DNA of 64,000 nucleotides, from NCBI RefSeq assembly GCF_003334785.1, contig NZ_QOWV01000003.1, one strand, 5' to 3'. Under the pieces are notes generated by a model. It was given only the letters and a program-made list of their open reading frames with translations. It did no database searches and had not been told where the DNA came from. Both the position numbers and the translations under genes were made by a program. The first letter of the stretch is position 1, and each line of letters opens with the position of its first letter. This document shows positions 46,123 to 56,537 of this stretch, piece by piece. This DNA is from Escherichia coli (lineage in GTDB: Bacteria > Pseudomonadota > Gammaproteobacteria > Enterobacterales > Enterobacteriaceae).

Positions 46123-47139
46123 TTACTGCACCGCTTTACTCACCGAACTCATCGCGCTTAGCGCGTTGTTCAGGCGGTCCAGGTCATCCAGCTGCGCCTG
46201 AATCTCGGTGGTTTTTGCCAGCTTGTCCTGCTCATTCAGTCCTTTATTGCTTTTCACGCCCTGCATCTCTTTAAACAGCGCGAGCTGGCGAATCGGCACC
46301 AGTTGCAGGTCGCTGGAAGCGCGGAATGGCGCCCAGCCCAGGCGTTCCAGCACCGCTTTTTCTTCCGGCGTTTTGCCGTAGTTCATAAAGAAGTCGTAGA
46401 TCTTGTCTTTGGTGGTTTCGGAAAGATTCTTGCGCCAGACGATCGGATCGCCTGGGATCAGCGGCGACTTCCAGATCACCTTCAGTTCTTTCAGCTTCTC
46501 TGGCGCGGAGGTTTTCAGCTTGTCGAGGTTTTCGGTGTTGTTGGTGGCAACATCCACCTGCTTGTTGGCGACGGCCAGCGCGTTGGTTTCATGCCCGGCG
46601 TTGACGGTGCGCTTGAAGTCGCTGGCGGAGATATTGTTTTTGGCGAAGACGTAGTAGCCGGGGACGAGGAAGCCAGAGGTGGAGTTAGGATCGCCATTGC
46701 CAAAGGTGAGATCTTTCCGCTTCGCCAGCAGATCGTTCAGGTTGTTGATCGGACTGTCTTTGTTGACGATCAACACGCTCCAGTAACCCGGCGATCCATC
46801 CGCCGCGACCGTCTGGGCGAAGACCTGGCCATTGGCGCGATCCACCGCTTCCATCGCCGACAGATTGCCGTACCAGGCGATATCCACTTTATTGAAGCGC
46901 ATCCCCTGGATAATGCCCGCGTAGTCCGGGGCAAAGAAGGCGTTGACCTTCACGCCCAGCTTCTTCTCCATATCCTGCAAGAACGGCGTCCATTGCGGTT
47001 TCAGGTTTTGCTGTGATTCCGTTGAAATAATGCCGAAATTCAACGCCTTTTCCTGCTCTTCGGCGTGCGCCGGGCTTAACAGGGTGCTGAGGCTGAACAT
47101 GCTGGTGAAGGCCAGCGAGGCAATTATCTTAGCGTTCAT
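46123..47139 (-). CDS. phnD: PhnD periplasmic phosphonate-binding protein, 338 aa
   Basis: Signal peptide plus PBP fold; sequence recognised. Confidence 0.95.
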   Translation of the reverse strand: MNAKIIASLAFTSMFSLSTLLSPAHAEEQEKALNFGIISTESQQNLKPQWTPFLQDMEKKLGVKVNAFFAPDYAGIIQGMRFNKVDIAWYGNLSAMEAVDRANGQVFAQTVAADGSPGYWSVLIVNKDSPINNLNDLLAKRKDLTFGNGDPNSTSGFLVPGYYVFAKNNISASDFKRTVNAGHETNALAVANKQVDVATNNTENLDKLKTSAPEKLKELKVIWKSPLIPGDPIVWRKNLSETTKDKIYDFFMNYGKTPEEKAVLERLGWAPFRASSDLQLVPIRQLALFKEMQGVKSNKGLNEQDKLAKTTEIQAQLDDLDRLNNALSAMSSVSKAVQ

Positions 47140-47163
47140 TCGTTTTCCTCAATGATGGGGATG

Positions 47164-47952
47164 TCAGGCAGCTTTCGCGTTCTCTTCGACGCGGTTAATG
47201 CTGCGGTAGAGATGGTCAAAACGTTCGTTATCAAACTGTTGGCTGCTGCCGTCGTAGAAGACGTGCCCCTGGCGCAGGGCGACGATGCGTTCGCAGTAGC
47301 GCAGGGCGTAATCCACCTGATGCAGCGTGACGACCACGGTGATGCCGTCGTTCTGGTTGATGTCGCGCAGGGTGTCCATCACGATGCGCGCTGATTCTGG
47401 GTCCAGCGAGGCGATGGGTTCATCGGCCAGAATCACTTTCGCCTGCTGCATCAGCGCACGGGCAATCGCCACACGTTGCTGCTGGCCGCCGGAGAGGGTG
47501 GAAACGCGCTGATGGGCAAAATGCACCATGCCAACGCGGGTCAGCGCCTGTAACGCGCGCTGTTTCTGCTCGCCGGTGAACCAGCTAAAACAGGTGCGCC
47601 AGAACGGCGTGCTGCCGAGCGCGCCAATCAGCACGTTCTCCAGTACGCTCAGGCGGTTCACCAGGTTGAATTGTTGGAATATGTAGCCGGTATGGGCGCG
47701 GCTTTTGCGGATATCGCGGGCCAGGCGGCCTTCGCGCTGGACTGTGCGGCCCAGCAGCTCGATATGGCTACCGACAGATTTATCGCCGGTAATCAAACCG
47801 CTTAAGTGACGTAAAAGGGTGGATTTTCCGGAACCCGACGGCCCAAGCAGAGCCACCATTTCACCGTGATGAATGTTCAGATCAACCGCATGCAGCGCCT
47901 GATGCTGATTGAAGGTTTTGGCGAGCTTCTCGACACGGATAATCGTTTGCAT
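47164..47952 (-). CDS. phnC: PhnC phosphonate ABC transporter ATPase, 262 aa
   Basis: Walker [18 protein letters not shown] signature. Confidence 0.95.
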   Translation of the reverse strand: MQTIIRVEKLAKTFNQHQALHAVDLNIHHGEMVALLGPSGSGKSTLLRHLSGLITGDKSVGSHIELLGRTVQREGRLARDIRKSRAHTGYIFQQFNLVNRLSVLENVLIGALGSTPFWRTCFSWFTGEQKQRALQALTRVGMVHFAHQRVSTLSGGQQQRVAIARALMQQAKVILADEPIASLDPESARIVMDTLRDINQNDGITVVVTLHQVDYALRYCERIVALRQGHVFYDGSSQQFDNERFDHLYRSINRVEENAKAA

Positions 47953-47992
47953 GATGCAGCCTCCCTAAAAAAGTGGCTCCATCGTGGCGGAT

Positions 47993-48029
47993 TATTGTGA
48001 CGATTTGGTTAATTAAAAGTGACTAACAG
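47993..48029 (-). promoter_or_regulatory. Pho box (PhoB site) of the phnC promoter
   Basis: Minus strand CTGT-TAGTCAC-TTTT-AATTAAC-CAAA-TCGTCAC-AATA: three 11-bp-phased 7-mers related to CTGTCAC with A/T-rich 4-nt spacers, about 40-75 bp upstream of the ATG. Confidence 0.65.
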
Positions 48030-48084
48030 ATGAAGAGTTAACGGGAATTCGATGACAGTGCGGGAGGGCGGGCCTCCCGGCGGG

Positions 48085-48528
48085 TTATTGCGTTGGTTGT
48101 TGTTTGACGACATTAATCATCCACGGTACGCCAAATTTATCGGTGACTTTGCCAAAGCCATGCGCCCAGAAAGTTTCCTGCCAGGCCATTTCGATTTTTC
48201 CGTTAGCGGCAAGATTGTCAAACCAGCGTTTTCCTTCTTCGACCTGTTGCGAATCGAGCACCAGCGTAAAGCCGGAGTAGCTGGCTTTTCCTGACGGCAT
48301 GGCATCGCTCATCATGATGTCGCTTCCGGCAATGCGCACATTGGCGTGGGCGATGGCGGTATCGGGAAATTGCATTCCGGAAGGGCAGTTCTCGGCGCTG
48401 TCCTGCGCTGATTTTGGCATTTCGCCGAAGCTGATTTTATAGAGCAGTTCCGCGCCCAACGTACGTTGATAATAGGCAATCGCGTCGGAACAGTTACCGG
48501 CAAAAGAGAGGTAGGGACTTAACGGCAT
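48085..48528 (-). CDS. yjdN: YjdN (PhnB-like, glyoxalase/VOC-fold protein), 147 aa
   Basis: MPLSPYLSFAGNCSDAIAYYQRTLGAELL... PhnB/3-demethylubiquinone-9 methyltransferase-like fold. Confidence 0.9.
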   Translation of the reverse strand: MPLSPYLSFAGNCSDAIAYYQRTLGAELLYKISFGEMPKSAQDSAENCPSGMQFPDTAIAHANVRIAGSDIMMSDAMPSGKASYSGFTLVLDSQQVEEGKRWFDNLAANGKIEMAWQETFWAHGFGKVTDKFGVPWMINVVKQQPTQ

Positions 48529-48592
48529 GATGGTGACCTCAGTTAAGAGAAGCCAGTTAAGTGTAGTTCGAAATTTATACAGATGAGAGGCG

Positions 48593-48972
<380 letters not shown>

Positions 48973-48985
48973 GATCACAATACAA

Positions 48986-49321
48986 TCAGTTCTTTTTCAC
49001 AAACTCAGATTTCAGTTTCATCGGACCAAAACCGTCGATTTTGCAATCGATGTTATGGTCGCCTTCAACCAGGCGGATGTTTTTCACTTTGGTGCCAATT
49101 TTCAGCATCGAAGAGCTACCTTTCACCTTCAGATCTTTAATGATGGTAACGCTGTCGCCGTCAGCCAGCAGATTGCCGTTAGCATCTTTAACGATCAGCT
49201 CGTCGCTTTCCTGTGCAGGTTCTGCGTCGTTCCATTCGTAGGCACATTCCGGGCAGATGTACATGCCGTTATCTTCGTAGGTGTATTCGGAGTTGCATTT
49301 TGGGCAGTGTGGTAATGACAT
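48986..49321 (-). CDS. yjdM: YjdM (PhnA-like zinc-ribbon protein), 111 aa
   Basis: [30 protein letters not shown] zinc ribbon; track ORF trimmed by 49 codons. Confidence 0.9.
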
Positions 49322-49721
49322 GTGGATTTCCTCAAAAGTCAGCAGGGCAAAAGCGCCAAAAAACGGCAGATTGCCGAAAAAGGCCGCAATTATACACAAA
49401 ATCCCTGAGTTTGTCGGGGGTACTGCTGATTTTAGACGACGATCGTTTTCATTTGAAAGGAAACGCAAAAAGAAAATAATCTTTTTGCCTCTATTTATTA
49501 TTTAAGATAATGTTAATGCTCTACTTGTTCTTTTTTTAATTCACATGATATTTTTATCTTTCTGACGTTTTAAACGTATCAGAAGACGTTATTTATTCTG
49601 ATAAAAAACAACACACTAAATATAAAATTATTTCTTGCAGTAATTATAAAAGCCGAAAACAGAACTCAAAAACAATCTGGCTAAATAAAATAACAAAATT
49701 TGCTTTAAGGAAGAATTTTCT

Positions 49722-51950
49722 ATGTACACACAGACCCTGTATGAGTTAAGTCAGGAGGCTGAACGCCTGTTACAGCTTTCTCGCCAACAGTTGCAGTTAC
49801 TGGAAAAAATGCCTCTCTCTGTACCCGGAGACGACGCGCCACAACTGGCTTTACCCTGGAGTCAGCCTAATATCGCCGAACGTCACGCGATGCTGAATAA
49901 TGAGTTGCGTAAAATTTCCCGACTGGAAATGGTGCTTGCAATTGTCGGTACCATGAAAGCAGGGAAATCAACCACCATTAATGCCATTGTTGGTACGGAG
50001 GTTCTGCCTAATCGTAATCGCCCAATGACTGCGCTGCCGACGCTTATTCGCCATACGCCCGGGCAAAAGGAACCGGTACTGCATTTTTCACATGTCGCGC
50101 CAATCGATTGTTTAATTCAACAATTACAACAGCGCCTGCGTGATTGCGATATTAAGCATCTGACCGATGTGCTGGAAATAGATAAAGATATGCGTGCGCT
50201 TATGCAGCGGATCGAAAATGGCGTCGCTTTCGAAAAATATTATCTGGGTGCCCAGCCTATTTTTCATTGTCTGAAAAGTTTGAATGATTTAGTGCGACTG
50301 GCGAAGGCGCTGGACGTCGATTTTCCTTTTTCTGCTTACGCCGCCATTGAGCATATTCCCGTGATTGAAGTGGAGTTTGTCCATCTAGCGGGGCTGGAGA
50401 GTTATCCCGGTCAGTTGACGTTACTGGATACCCCCGGGCCAAATGAAGCCGGGCAACCGCATCTGCAAAAAATGCTTAACCAGCAGCTGGCACGCGCCTC
50501 GGCGGTACTGGCGGTGCTGGATTATACGCAACTGAAATCGATCTCCGATGAAGAGGTCCGTGAGGCGATTTTGGCGGTGGGGCAATCGGTGCCGCTGTAC
50601 GTGCTGGTCAATAAGTTCGATCAACAGGATCGTAACAGTGACGACGCCGACCAGGTGCGGGCACTGATTTCCGGGACGCTGATGAAAGGCTGTATTACGC
50701 CACAGCAGATATTTCCGGTGTCGTCGATGTGGGGCTACCTGGCGAATCGGGCGCGCTATGAGTTAGCCAACAACGGTAAGTTACCACCGCCAGAGCAACA
50801 ACGCTGGGTGGAAGATTTTGCCCATGCCGCGCTTGGCAGGCGCTGGCGTCATGCCGATCTGGCGGACCTCGAACATATTCGTCATGCTGCCGATCAGTTG
50901 TGGGAAGATTCGCTGTTCGCCCAGCCAATTCAGGCGTTGCTTCATGCCGCTTACGCTAACGCCTCGTTGTATGCTCTGCGATCTGCCGCGCATAAACTGT
51001 TGAATTACGCGCAGCAGGCGCGGGAATACCTGGATTTTCGTGCGCACGGGTTAAACGTCGCTTGTGAACAATTGCGGCAAAATATCCACCAGATCGAAGA
51101 AAGTTTGCAGCTATTGCAACTCAATCAGGCGCAGGTGAGCGGCGAGATTAAACATGAAATCGAGCTGGCCCTGACCTCCGCCAACCACTTTCTGCGTCAA
51201 CAGCAAGATGCGCTGAAGGTGCAGTTAGCCGCCTTGTTTCAGGATGATTCGGAGCCGTTAAGCGAGATTCGTACCCGCTGTGAGACACTGTTACAGACGG
51301 CGCAGAACACCATCAGTCGCGACTTTACGCTGCGTTTTGCCGAGCTTGAATCCACCCTTTGCCGGGTGTTAACCGATGTTATTCGCCCCATTGAGCAACA
51401 AGTCAAAATGGAATTGAGCGAGTCAGGGTTTCGTCCTGGGTTTCATTTTCCTGTTTTTCACGGCGTAGTTCCCCACTTCAACACTCGCCAGCTGTTCAGT
51501 GAAGTCATTTCGCGCCAGGAAGCAACGGACGAGCAGAGCACGCGTTTAGGCGTTGTGCGTGAGACTTTTTCGCGCTGGTTGAATCAGCCCGACTGGGGAC
51601 GGGGAAATGAGAAATCACCGACAGAAACGGTTGATTACAGTGTGTTGCAACGAGCATTAAGCGCAGAAGTCGATCTCTATTGCCAACAAATGGCTAAAGT
51701 TCTGGCAGAGCAGGTCGATGAATCTGTTACGGCAGGCATGAATACTTTTTTCGCTGAGTTCGCTTCATGTTTGACGGAATTACAGACGCGTTTACGCGAA
51801 AGTCTGGCTCTGCGTCAACAAAATGAATCGGTGGTCAGGCTGATGCAGCAGCAATTGCAGCAGACTGTGATGACTCACGGCTGGATTTACACCGACGCCC
51901 AGCTGTTACGCGATGATATTCAAACACTTTTCACGGCAGAACGATATTGA
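49722..51950 (+). CDS. crfC: CrfC (YjdA/RdcA) bacterial dynamin-like GTPase, 742 aa
   Basis: G1 GTMKAGKST, G3 DTPGP, G4 NKFD motifs, then a long helical stalk. Confidence 0.92.
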   Translation: MYTQTLYELSQEAERLLQLSRQQLQLLEKMPLSVPGDDAPQLALPWSQPNIAERHAMLNNELRKISRLEMVLAIVGTMKAGKSTTINAIVGTEVLPNRNRPMTALPTLIRHTPGQKEPVLHFSHVAPIDCLIQQLQQRLRDCDIKHLTDVLEIDKDMRALMQRIENGVAFEKYYLGAQPIFHCLKSLNDLVRLAKALDVDFPFSAYAAIEHIPVIEVEFVHLAGLESYPGQLTLLDTPGPNEAGQPHLQKMLNQQLARASAVLAVLDYTQLKSISDEEVREAILAVGQSVPLYVLVNKFDQQDRNSDDADQVRALISGTLMKGCITPQQIFPVSSMWGYLANRARYELANNGKLPPPEQQRWVEDFAHAALGRRWRHADLADLEHIRHAADQLWEDSLFAQPIQALLHAAYANASLYALRSAAHKLLNYAQQAREYLDFRAHGLNVACEQLRQNIHQIEESLQLLQLNQAQVSGEIKHEIELALTSANHFLRQQQDALKVQLAALFQDDSEPLSEIRTRCETLLQTAQNTISRDFTLRFAELESTLCRVLTDVIRPIEQQVKMELSESGFRPGFHFPVFHGVVPHFNTRQLFSEVISRQEATDEQSTRLGVVRETFSRWLNQPDWGRGNEKSPTETVDYSVLQRALSAEVDLYCQQMAKVLAEQVDESVTAGMNTFFAEFASCLTELQTRLRESLALRQQNESVVRLMQQQLQQTVMTHGWIYTDAQLLRDDIQTLFTAERY

Positions 51951-52825
51951 CCAAGACGTTACTTGACGGCCCCGGTCGCGTGCTGGAGTCGGTTTATCCC
52001 CGCTTTTTAGTGGATCTGGCGCAGGGTGATGATGCCCGCCTTCCACAAGCCCATCAGCAGCAGTTTCGTGAACGACTGATGCAGGAACTTCTTTCGCGTG
52101 TGCAGCTTCAGACATGGACGAACGGCGGCATGTTAAATGCGCCGCTTAGCCTGCGTCTGACATTGGTGGAAAAACTGGCGTCGATGCTGGATCCCGGTCA
52201 TCTGGCACTGACGCAGATCGCGCAGCATCTGGCGCTGCTGCAAAAAATGGATCACCGCCAGCACTCTGCTTTCCCGGAGCTCCCCCAGCAAATTGCCGCC
52301 TTGTATGAGTGGTTTTCAGCCCGTTGTCGCTGGAAGGAAAAGGCGTTAACGCAACGAGGCCTACTGGTGCAGGCAGGTGATCAGAGCGAGCAAATTTTTA
52401 CCCGCTGGCGTGCTGGGGCGTATAACGCCTGGTCGTTGCCTGGGCGCTGTTTTATCGTTCTGGAGGAGTTGCGCTGGGGGGCATTTGGCGATGCCTGCCG
52501 TCTGGGAAGCCCGCAAGCGGTGGCGTTGTTGCTGGGTGATTTGCTCGAGAAAGCGACACAACATCTGGCAGAGAGTATCAATGCGGCACCGACCACGCGT
52601 CACTATTACCATCAGTGGTTTGCCTCTTCGACCGTTCCGACGGGCGGGGAGCATGCTGATTTTTTAAGTTGGCTGGGAAAGTGGACCACGGCAGATAAAC
52701 AACCCGTTTGCTGGTCAGTGACCCAACGCTGGCAAACTGTCGCGCTGGGGATGCCACGACTCTGTTCAGCGCAGCGTCTGGCGGGGGCAATGCTCGAGGA
52801 AATCTTCTCTGTAAATTTGGCGTAA
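51947..52825 (+). CDS. yjcZ: YjcZ (RdcB), partner protein of CrfC, 292 aa
   Basis: ATGA overlap with the crfC stop implies translational coupling; no recognisable catalytic motif. Confidence 0.88.
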   Translation: MTKTLLDGPGRVLESVYPRFLVDLAQGDDARLPQAHQQQFRERLMQELLSRVQLQTWTNGGMLNAPLSLRLTLVEKLASMLDPGHLALTQIAQHLALLQKMDHRQHSAFPELPQQIAALYEWFSARCRWKEKALTQRGLLVQAGDQSEQIFTRWRAGAYNAWSLPGRCFIVLEELRWGAFGDACRLGSPQAVALLLGDLLEKATQHLAESINAAPTTRHYYHQWFASSTVPTGGEHADFLSWLGKWTTADKQPVCWSVTQRWQTVALGMPRLCSAQRLAGAMLEEIFSVNLA

Positions 52826-52864
52826 ATAATCAGTTACATCAATGAGTCCTAAACGAAATCCATG

Positions 52865-52880
52865 TGTGAAGTTGATCACA
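52865..52880. promoter_or_regulatory. CRP site in the proP P1 promoter region
   Basis: Perfect TGTGA-AGTTGA-TCACA. Confidence 0.8.
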
Positions 52881-53088
52881 AATTTAAACACTGGTAGGGT
52901 AAAAAGGTCATTAACTGCCCAATTCAGGCGTCAACTGGTTTGATTGTACATTCCTTAACCGGAGGGTGTAAGCAAACCCGCTACGCTTGTTACAGAGATT
53001 GCATCCTGCAATTCCCGCTCCCCTTTTGCGGCCGTCGCGCTGATTTTTCTGGCGTTTGCGGAAATGGGCCAACTCTGCGAGGAAAGCT

Positions 53089-54591
53089 ATGCTGAAAAGG
53101 AAAAAAGTAAAACCGATTACCCTTCGTGATGTCACCATTATTGATGACGGTAAACTGCGTAAAGCCATTACCGCAGCATCACTGGGTAATGCAATGGAAT
53201 GGTTCGATTTTGGTGTTTATGGTTTTGTTGCTTACGCATTAGGTAAAGTTTTTTTCCCGGGGGCTGACCCCAGCGTGCAGATGGTTGCTGCACTTGCCAC
53301 TTTCTCCGTTCCCTTTCTGATTCGACCGCTTGGCGGACTCTTCTTTGGTATGTTGGGCGATAAATATGGTCGCCAGAAGATCCTCGCTATCACTATTGTG
53401 ATTATGTCGATCAGTACGTTCTGTATTGGCTTAATACCGTCCTACGACACGATTGGTATTTGGGCACCGATTCTGCTGTTGATCTGTAAGATGGCACAAG
53501 GTTTCTCGGTCGGCGGTGAATATACCGGGGCGTCGATATTTGTTGCGGAATACTCCCCTGACCGTAAACGTGGCTTTATGGGCAGCTGGCTGGACTTCGG
53601 TTCTATTGCCGGGTTTGTGCTGGGTGCGGGCGTGGTGGTGTTAATTTCGACCATTGTCGGCGAAGCGAACTTCCTCGATTGGGGCTGGCGTATTCCGTTC
53701 TTTATCGCTCTGCCGTTAGGGATTATCGGGCTTTACCTGCGCCATGCGCTGGAAGAGACTCCGGCGTTCCAGCAGCATGTCGATAAACTGGAACAGGGCG
53801 ACCGTGAAGGTTTGCAGGATGGCCCGAAAGTCTCGTTTAAAGAGATTGCCACTAAATACTGGCGCAGCCTGTTGACATGTATTGGTCTGGTAATTGCCAC
53901 CAACGTGACTTACTACATGTTGCTGACCTATATGCCGAGTTATTTGTCGCATAACCTGCATTACTCCGAAGACCACGGGGTGCTGATTATTATCGCCATT
54001 ATGATCGGTATGCTGTTTGTCCAGCCGGTGATGGGCTTGCTGAGTGACCGTTTTGGCCGTCGTCCGTTTGTGCTACTTGGTAGTGTTGCCCTGTTTGTGT
54101 TGGCGATCCCGGCGTTTATTCTGATTAACAGTAACGTCATCGGCCTGATTTTTGCCGGGTTACTGATGCTGGCGGTGATCCTTAACTGCTTTACGGGCGT
54201 TATGGCTTCTACCTTGCCAGCGATGTTCCCGACGCATATCCGTTACAGCGCGCTGGCGGCGGCATTTAATATTTCGGTGCTGGTTGCCGGTCTGACGCCA
54301 ACGCTGGCGGCCTGGCTGGTCGAAAGCTCGCAGAATCTGATGATGCCTGCCTATTACCTGATGGTAGTGGCGGTGGTTGGTTTAATCACCGGCGTAACCA
54401 TGAAAGAGACGGCAAATCGTCCGTTGAAAGGTGCGACACCGGCGGCGTCAGATATACAGGAAGCGAAGGAAATTCTCGTCGAGCATTACGATAATATCGA
54501 GCAGAAAATCGATGATATTGACCACGAGATTGCCGATTTGCAGGCGAAACGTACCCGCCTGGTGCAGCAACATCCGCGAATTGATGAATAA
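53089..54591 (+). CDS. proP: ProP osmosensing proline/glycine betaine:H+ symporter (MFS), 500 aa
   Basis: 12-TM MFS plus a C-terminal coiled coil (IDDIDHEIADLQAKRTRLVQQ); track ORF trimmed by 11 codons. Confidence 0.95.
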   Translation: MLKRKKVKPITLRDVTIIDDGKLRKAITAASLGNAMEWFDFGVYGFVAYALGKVFFPGADPSVQMVAALATFSVPFLIRPLGGLFFGMLGDKYGRQKILAITIVIMSISTFCIGLIPSYDTIGIWAPILLLICKMAQGFSVGGEYTGASIFVAEYSPDRKRGFMGSWLDFGSIAGFVLGAGVVVLISTIVGEANFLDWGWRIPFFIALPLGIIGLYLRHALEETPAFQQHVDKLEQGDREGLQDGPKVSFKEIATKYWRSLLTCIGLVIATNVTYYMLLTYMPSYLSHNLHYSEDHGVLIIIAIMIGMLFVQPVMGLLSDRFGRRPFVLLGSVALFVLAIPAFILINSNVIGLIFAGLLMLAVILNCFTGVMASTLPAMFPTHIRYSALAAAFNISVLVAGLTPTLAAWLVESSQNLMMPAYYLMVVAVVGLITGVTMKETANRPLKGATPAASDIQEAKEILVEHYDNIEQKIDDIDHEIADLQAKRTRLVQQHPRIDE

Positions 54592-54603
54592 GCTGAAACG
54601 GAT

Positions 54604-54632
54604 GGCCTGATGTGACGCTGTCTTATCAGGCC
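54604..54632. repeat. Single REP-like palindrome after proP (probable 3' stabiliser/terminator)
   Basis: GGCCTGATGTGACGCTGTCTTATCAGGCC. Confidence 0.7.
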
Positions 54633-54641
54633 AATTGAACT

Positions 54642-54658
54642 CTTAAGGTTCACTTAAT
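54642..54658 (+). promoter_or_regulatory. PmrA (BasR) box upstream of pmrR
   Basis: CTTAAG-GTTCA-CTTAAT, a direct repeat matching YTTAAK-N5-YTTAAK, 45 nt upstream of the pmrR ATG. Confidence 0.75.
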
Positions 54659-54672
54659 CTCTGACGCGCATA

Positions 54673-54698
54673 CTCTCCTCCAGGTTAACGGAGGAGAG
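54673..54698 (+). other. Stem-loop that pairs the pmrR Shine-Dalgarno sequence
   Basis: CTCTCCTCC-AGGTTAAC-GGAGGAGAG perfect 9-bp stem; the right arm is the SD, 4 nt before the ATG at 54703. Confidence 0.7.
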
Positions 54699-54702
54699 TG
54701 CA

Positions 54703-54792
54703 ATGAAAAACCGTGTTTATGAAAGTTTAACTACCGTGTTCAGCGTGCTGGTGGTCAGCAGCTTTCTTTATATCTGGTTTGCCACGTACTGA
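54703..54792 (+). CDS. pmrR: PmrR, 29-aa membrane peptide (PmrA-regulated LpxT inhibitor)
   Basis: ATG...TGA encodes MKNRVYESLTTVFSVLVVSSFLYIWFATY; strong SD GGAGGAGAG; PmrA box upstream; too short for the ORF track. Confidence 0.7.
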   Translation: MKNRVYESLTTVFSVLVVSSFLYIWFATY

Positions 54793-55859
54793 TCTTTCTT
54801 CAGCCGTACCCAGGCCCGCGTGCCGGAAGTCTCTTGCCGGTTTTGCAGGAAAAACTGCCCGTGATGCAACTGTGTAATGCGGCTGACAATACTTAACCCC
54901 AGACCAATCCCGCCATAACGGCTGTCCATACGTACAAACGCTTTACTCAACTCCCCGCATTTACTCTCATCAATACCTGGTCCTTCATCTTCAACTGCCA
55001 TGACCGCTCCGTCATCTTCTTGCAGCTTAATCATAATGTTGCTGCCTTGCGGGCTGTAACGATGGGCGTTTTCTACCAGGTTTCGCAATAACATCCGCAG
55101 CAGGGTTGCATCACCCTGAACGGTGATGTCGGCGGCGCTCTCTGGCAATAGCAGGGTTTGCTGTCGCTGGTCGAGCATGGTACTGAGTTCGTCATACGAG
55201 GGGAGAATGACATCTTCCAGCAGTTTTACATGTTGATAATTACCGGAAGAAAATGACTGTCCGGCACGCGCCAGTTGCAGCAGCTGGGAGACGCTCTCCA
55301 TCATCTGATCAAGCCGTGCCACTAACGGTGCTACATCAATGTGATGCGTTTTCGCCAGCAGTTCCAGATGCAAACGCACCCCCGCCAGTGGCGTTCGCAG
55401 TTCGTGCGCGACGTCAGCGGTAAACAACCTTTCGTTATCCAGCGTGCTGGTCAGGCGACTGACCAGATCGTTTAACGCCGAAACCACCGCTTCGATTTCG
55501 AGGGTGGCGCTGTGAATGGCAATGGGCGTTAAGTTGTCGGCGGTGCGCGCTTCCAGCTCTTTTTGCAGCTCCGCCAGCGGGCGGGTGATGCGGCGTACCG
55601 CCTGATAGCAGATAAATAGCGTCAGGCTGACCATAAAGACGCCGGGGACAATCAGGCTGGCGACCGCCTCGCGGATCTCACGCATGATGTGGCGATCGTT
55701 GTTGCGATTGTCGCGTAGCGCCTGCTCAAACAGCTGAATCTGCTCGGTACTTTCATGCCATAGCCAGAAGACGCTGATCAGCTCAAACACCAACAAAATG
55801 GCCCCGATGGTCAATATCAGCCGTTGGCGCAGCGATATTGGTCGGCGCAGAAAATGCAT
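54768..55859 (-). CDS. basS: BasS (PmrB) sensor histidine kinase, 363 aa
   Basis: Two TM segments, HAMP domain, H-box VAHELRTPLAG, HATPase N/G boxes; ATG at 55859 (the track starts at an upstream TTG). Confidence 0.94.
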   Translation of the reverse strand: MHFLRRPISLRQRLILTIGAILLVFELISVFWLWHESTEQIQLFEQALRDNRNNDRHIMREIREAVASLIVPGVFMVSLTLFICYQAVRRITRPLAELQKELEARTADNLTPIAIHSATLEIEAVVSALNDLVSRLTSTLDNERLFTADVAHELRTPLAGVRLHLELLAKTHHIDVAPLVARLDQMMESVSQLLQLARAGQSFSSGNYQHVKLLEDVILPSYDELSTMLDQRQQTLLLPESAADITVQGDATLLRMLLRNLVENAHRYSPQGSNIMIKLQEDDGAVMAVEDEGPGIDESKCGELSKAFVRMDSRYGGIGLGLSIVSRITQLHHGQFFLQNRQETSGTRAWVRLKKDQYVANQI

Positions 55860-55868
55860 CAGATTCAA

Positions 55869-56537
55869 TTAGTTTTCCTCATTCGCGACCAGCATATAGC
55901 CAAAGCCGCGCACGGTGCGGATACGGGCTTTGCCCACTTTGTCGCGCAGATTGTGGATATGCACTTCCAGGGTGTTGGTCGAGGGTTCATTGTCCCAGTT
56001 ATAGATGTCGTTGTAGAGAATTTCCCGATGCACCGGACTGCCTGCTTTGAGCATTAACCGTGACAGCAGAGCATATTCTTTGGGCGTCAGAATCAACTCT
56101 TCACCGCCCATCCATACCTGACGGCGACCCATGTTCAGCGTCAGATTGCCAACAATCAGCTCACTTTCGCCCTGATTATTATGGCGTCGTAGCAGGGCGC
56201 GGATACGGGCATGTAACTCTTCCAGCGCAAAAGGCTTCACCAGATAGTCGTCGGCACCGACATCCAGCCCGGCGATTTTGTCGGTCAGCGTATCGCGAGC
56301 GGTGAGGATCAGTACCGGCAGGGTATATTTTTTCTGCCGGATACGGGCGAGAAAATGCAGTCCATCTTCGTCGGGTAACCCTAAATCCAGTACCACCAGG
56401 CTGTAATGACCTGCCTCAAGGCTTTGTTCCGCCATCCGCGCGGTTGTCACGCCATCGCACGCGTAGCCTTCGGTTTGCGCCGCCAGAATCAGTCCCTGCA
56501 ATAACAGCGTATCGTCTTCAACAATCAGAATTTTCAT
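55869..56537 (-). CDS. basR: BasR (PmrA) OmpR-family response regulator, 222 aa
   Basis: REC domain ([12 protein letters not shown]) plus a winged-helix DNA-binding domain. Confidence 0.96.
   Translation of the reverse strand: MKILIVEDDTLLLQGLILAAQTEGYACDGVTTARMAEQSLEAGHYSLVVLDLGLPDEDGLHFLARIRQKKYTLPVLILTARDTLTDKIAGLDVGADDYLVKPFALEELHARIRALLRRHNNQGESELIVGNLTLNMGRRQVWMGGEELILTPKEYALLSRLMLKAGSPVHREILYNDIYNWDNEPSTNTLEVHIHNLRDKVGKARIRTVRGFGYMLVANEEN

Noticed and set aside
49722-52825. crfC-yjcZ considered as an undescribed dynamin-type anti-phage system.
   Set aside because: The pair sits in conserved core-genome context, not a defence island. There is no membrane anchor or effector domain, and I recall published cellular roles. 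The evidence is insufficient, so I list it as a moderate-interest locus only.
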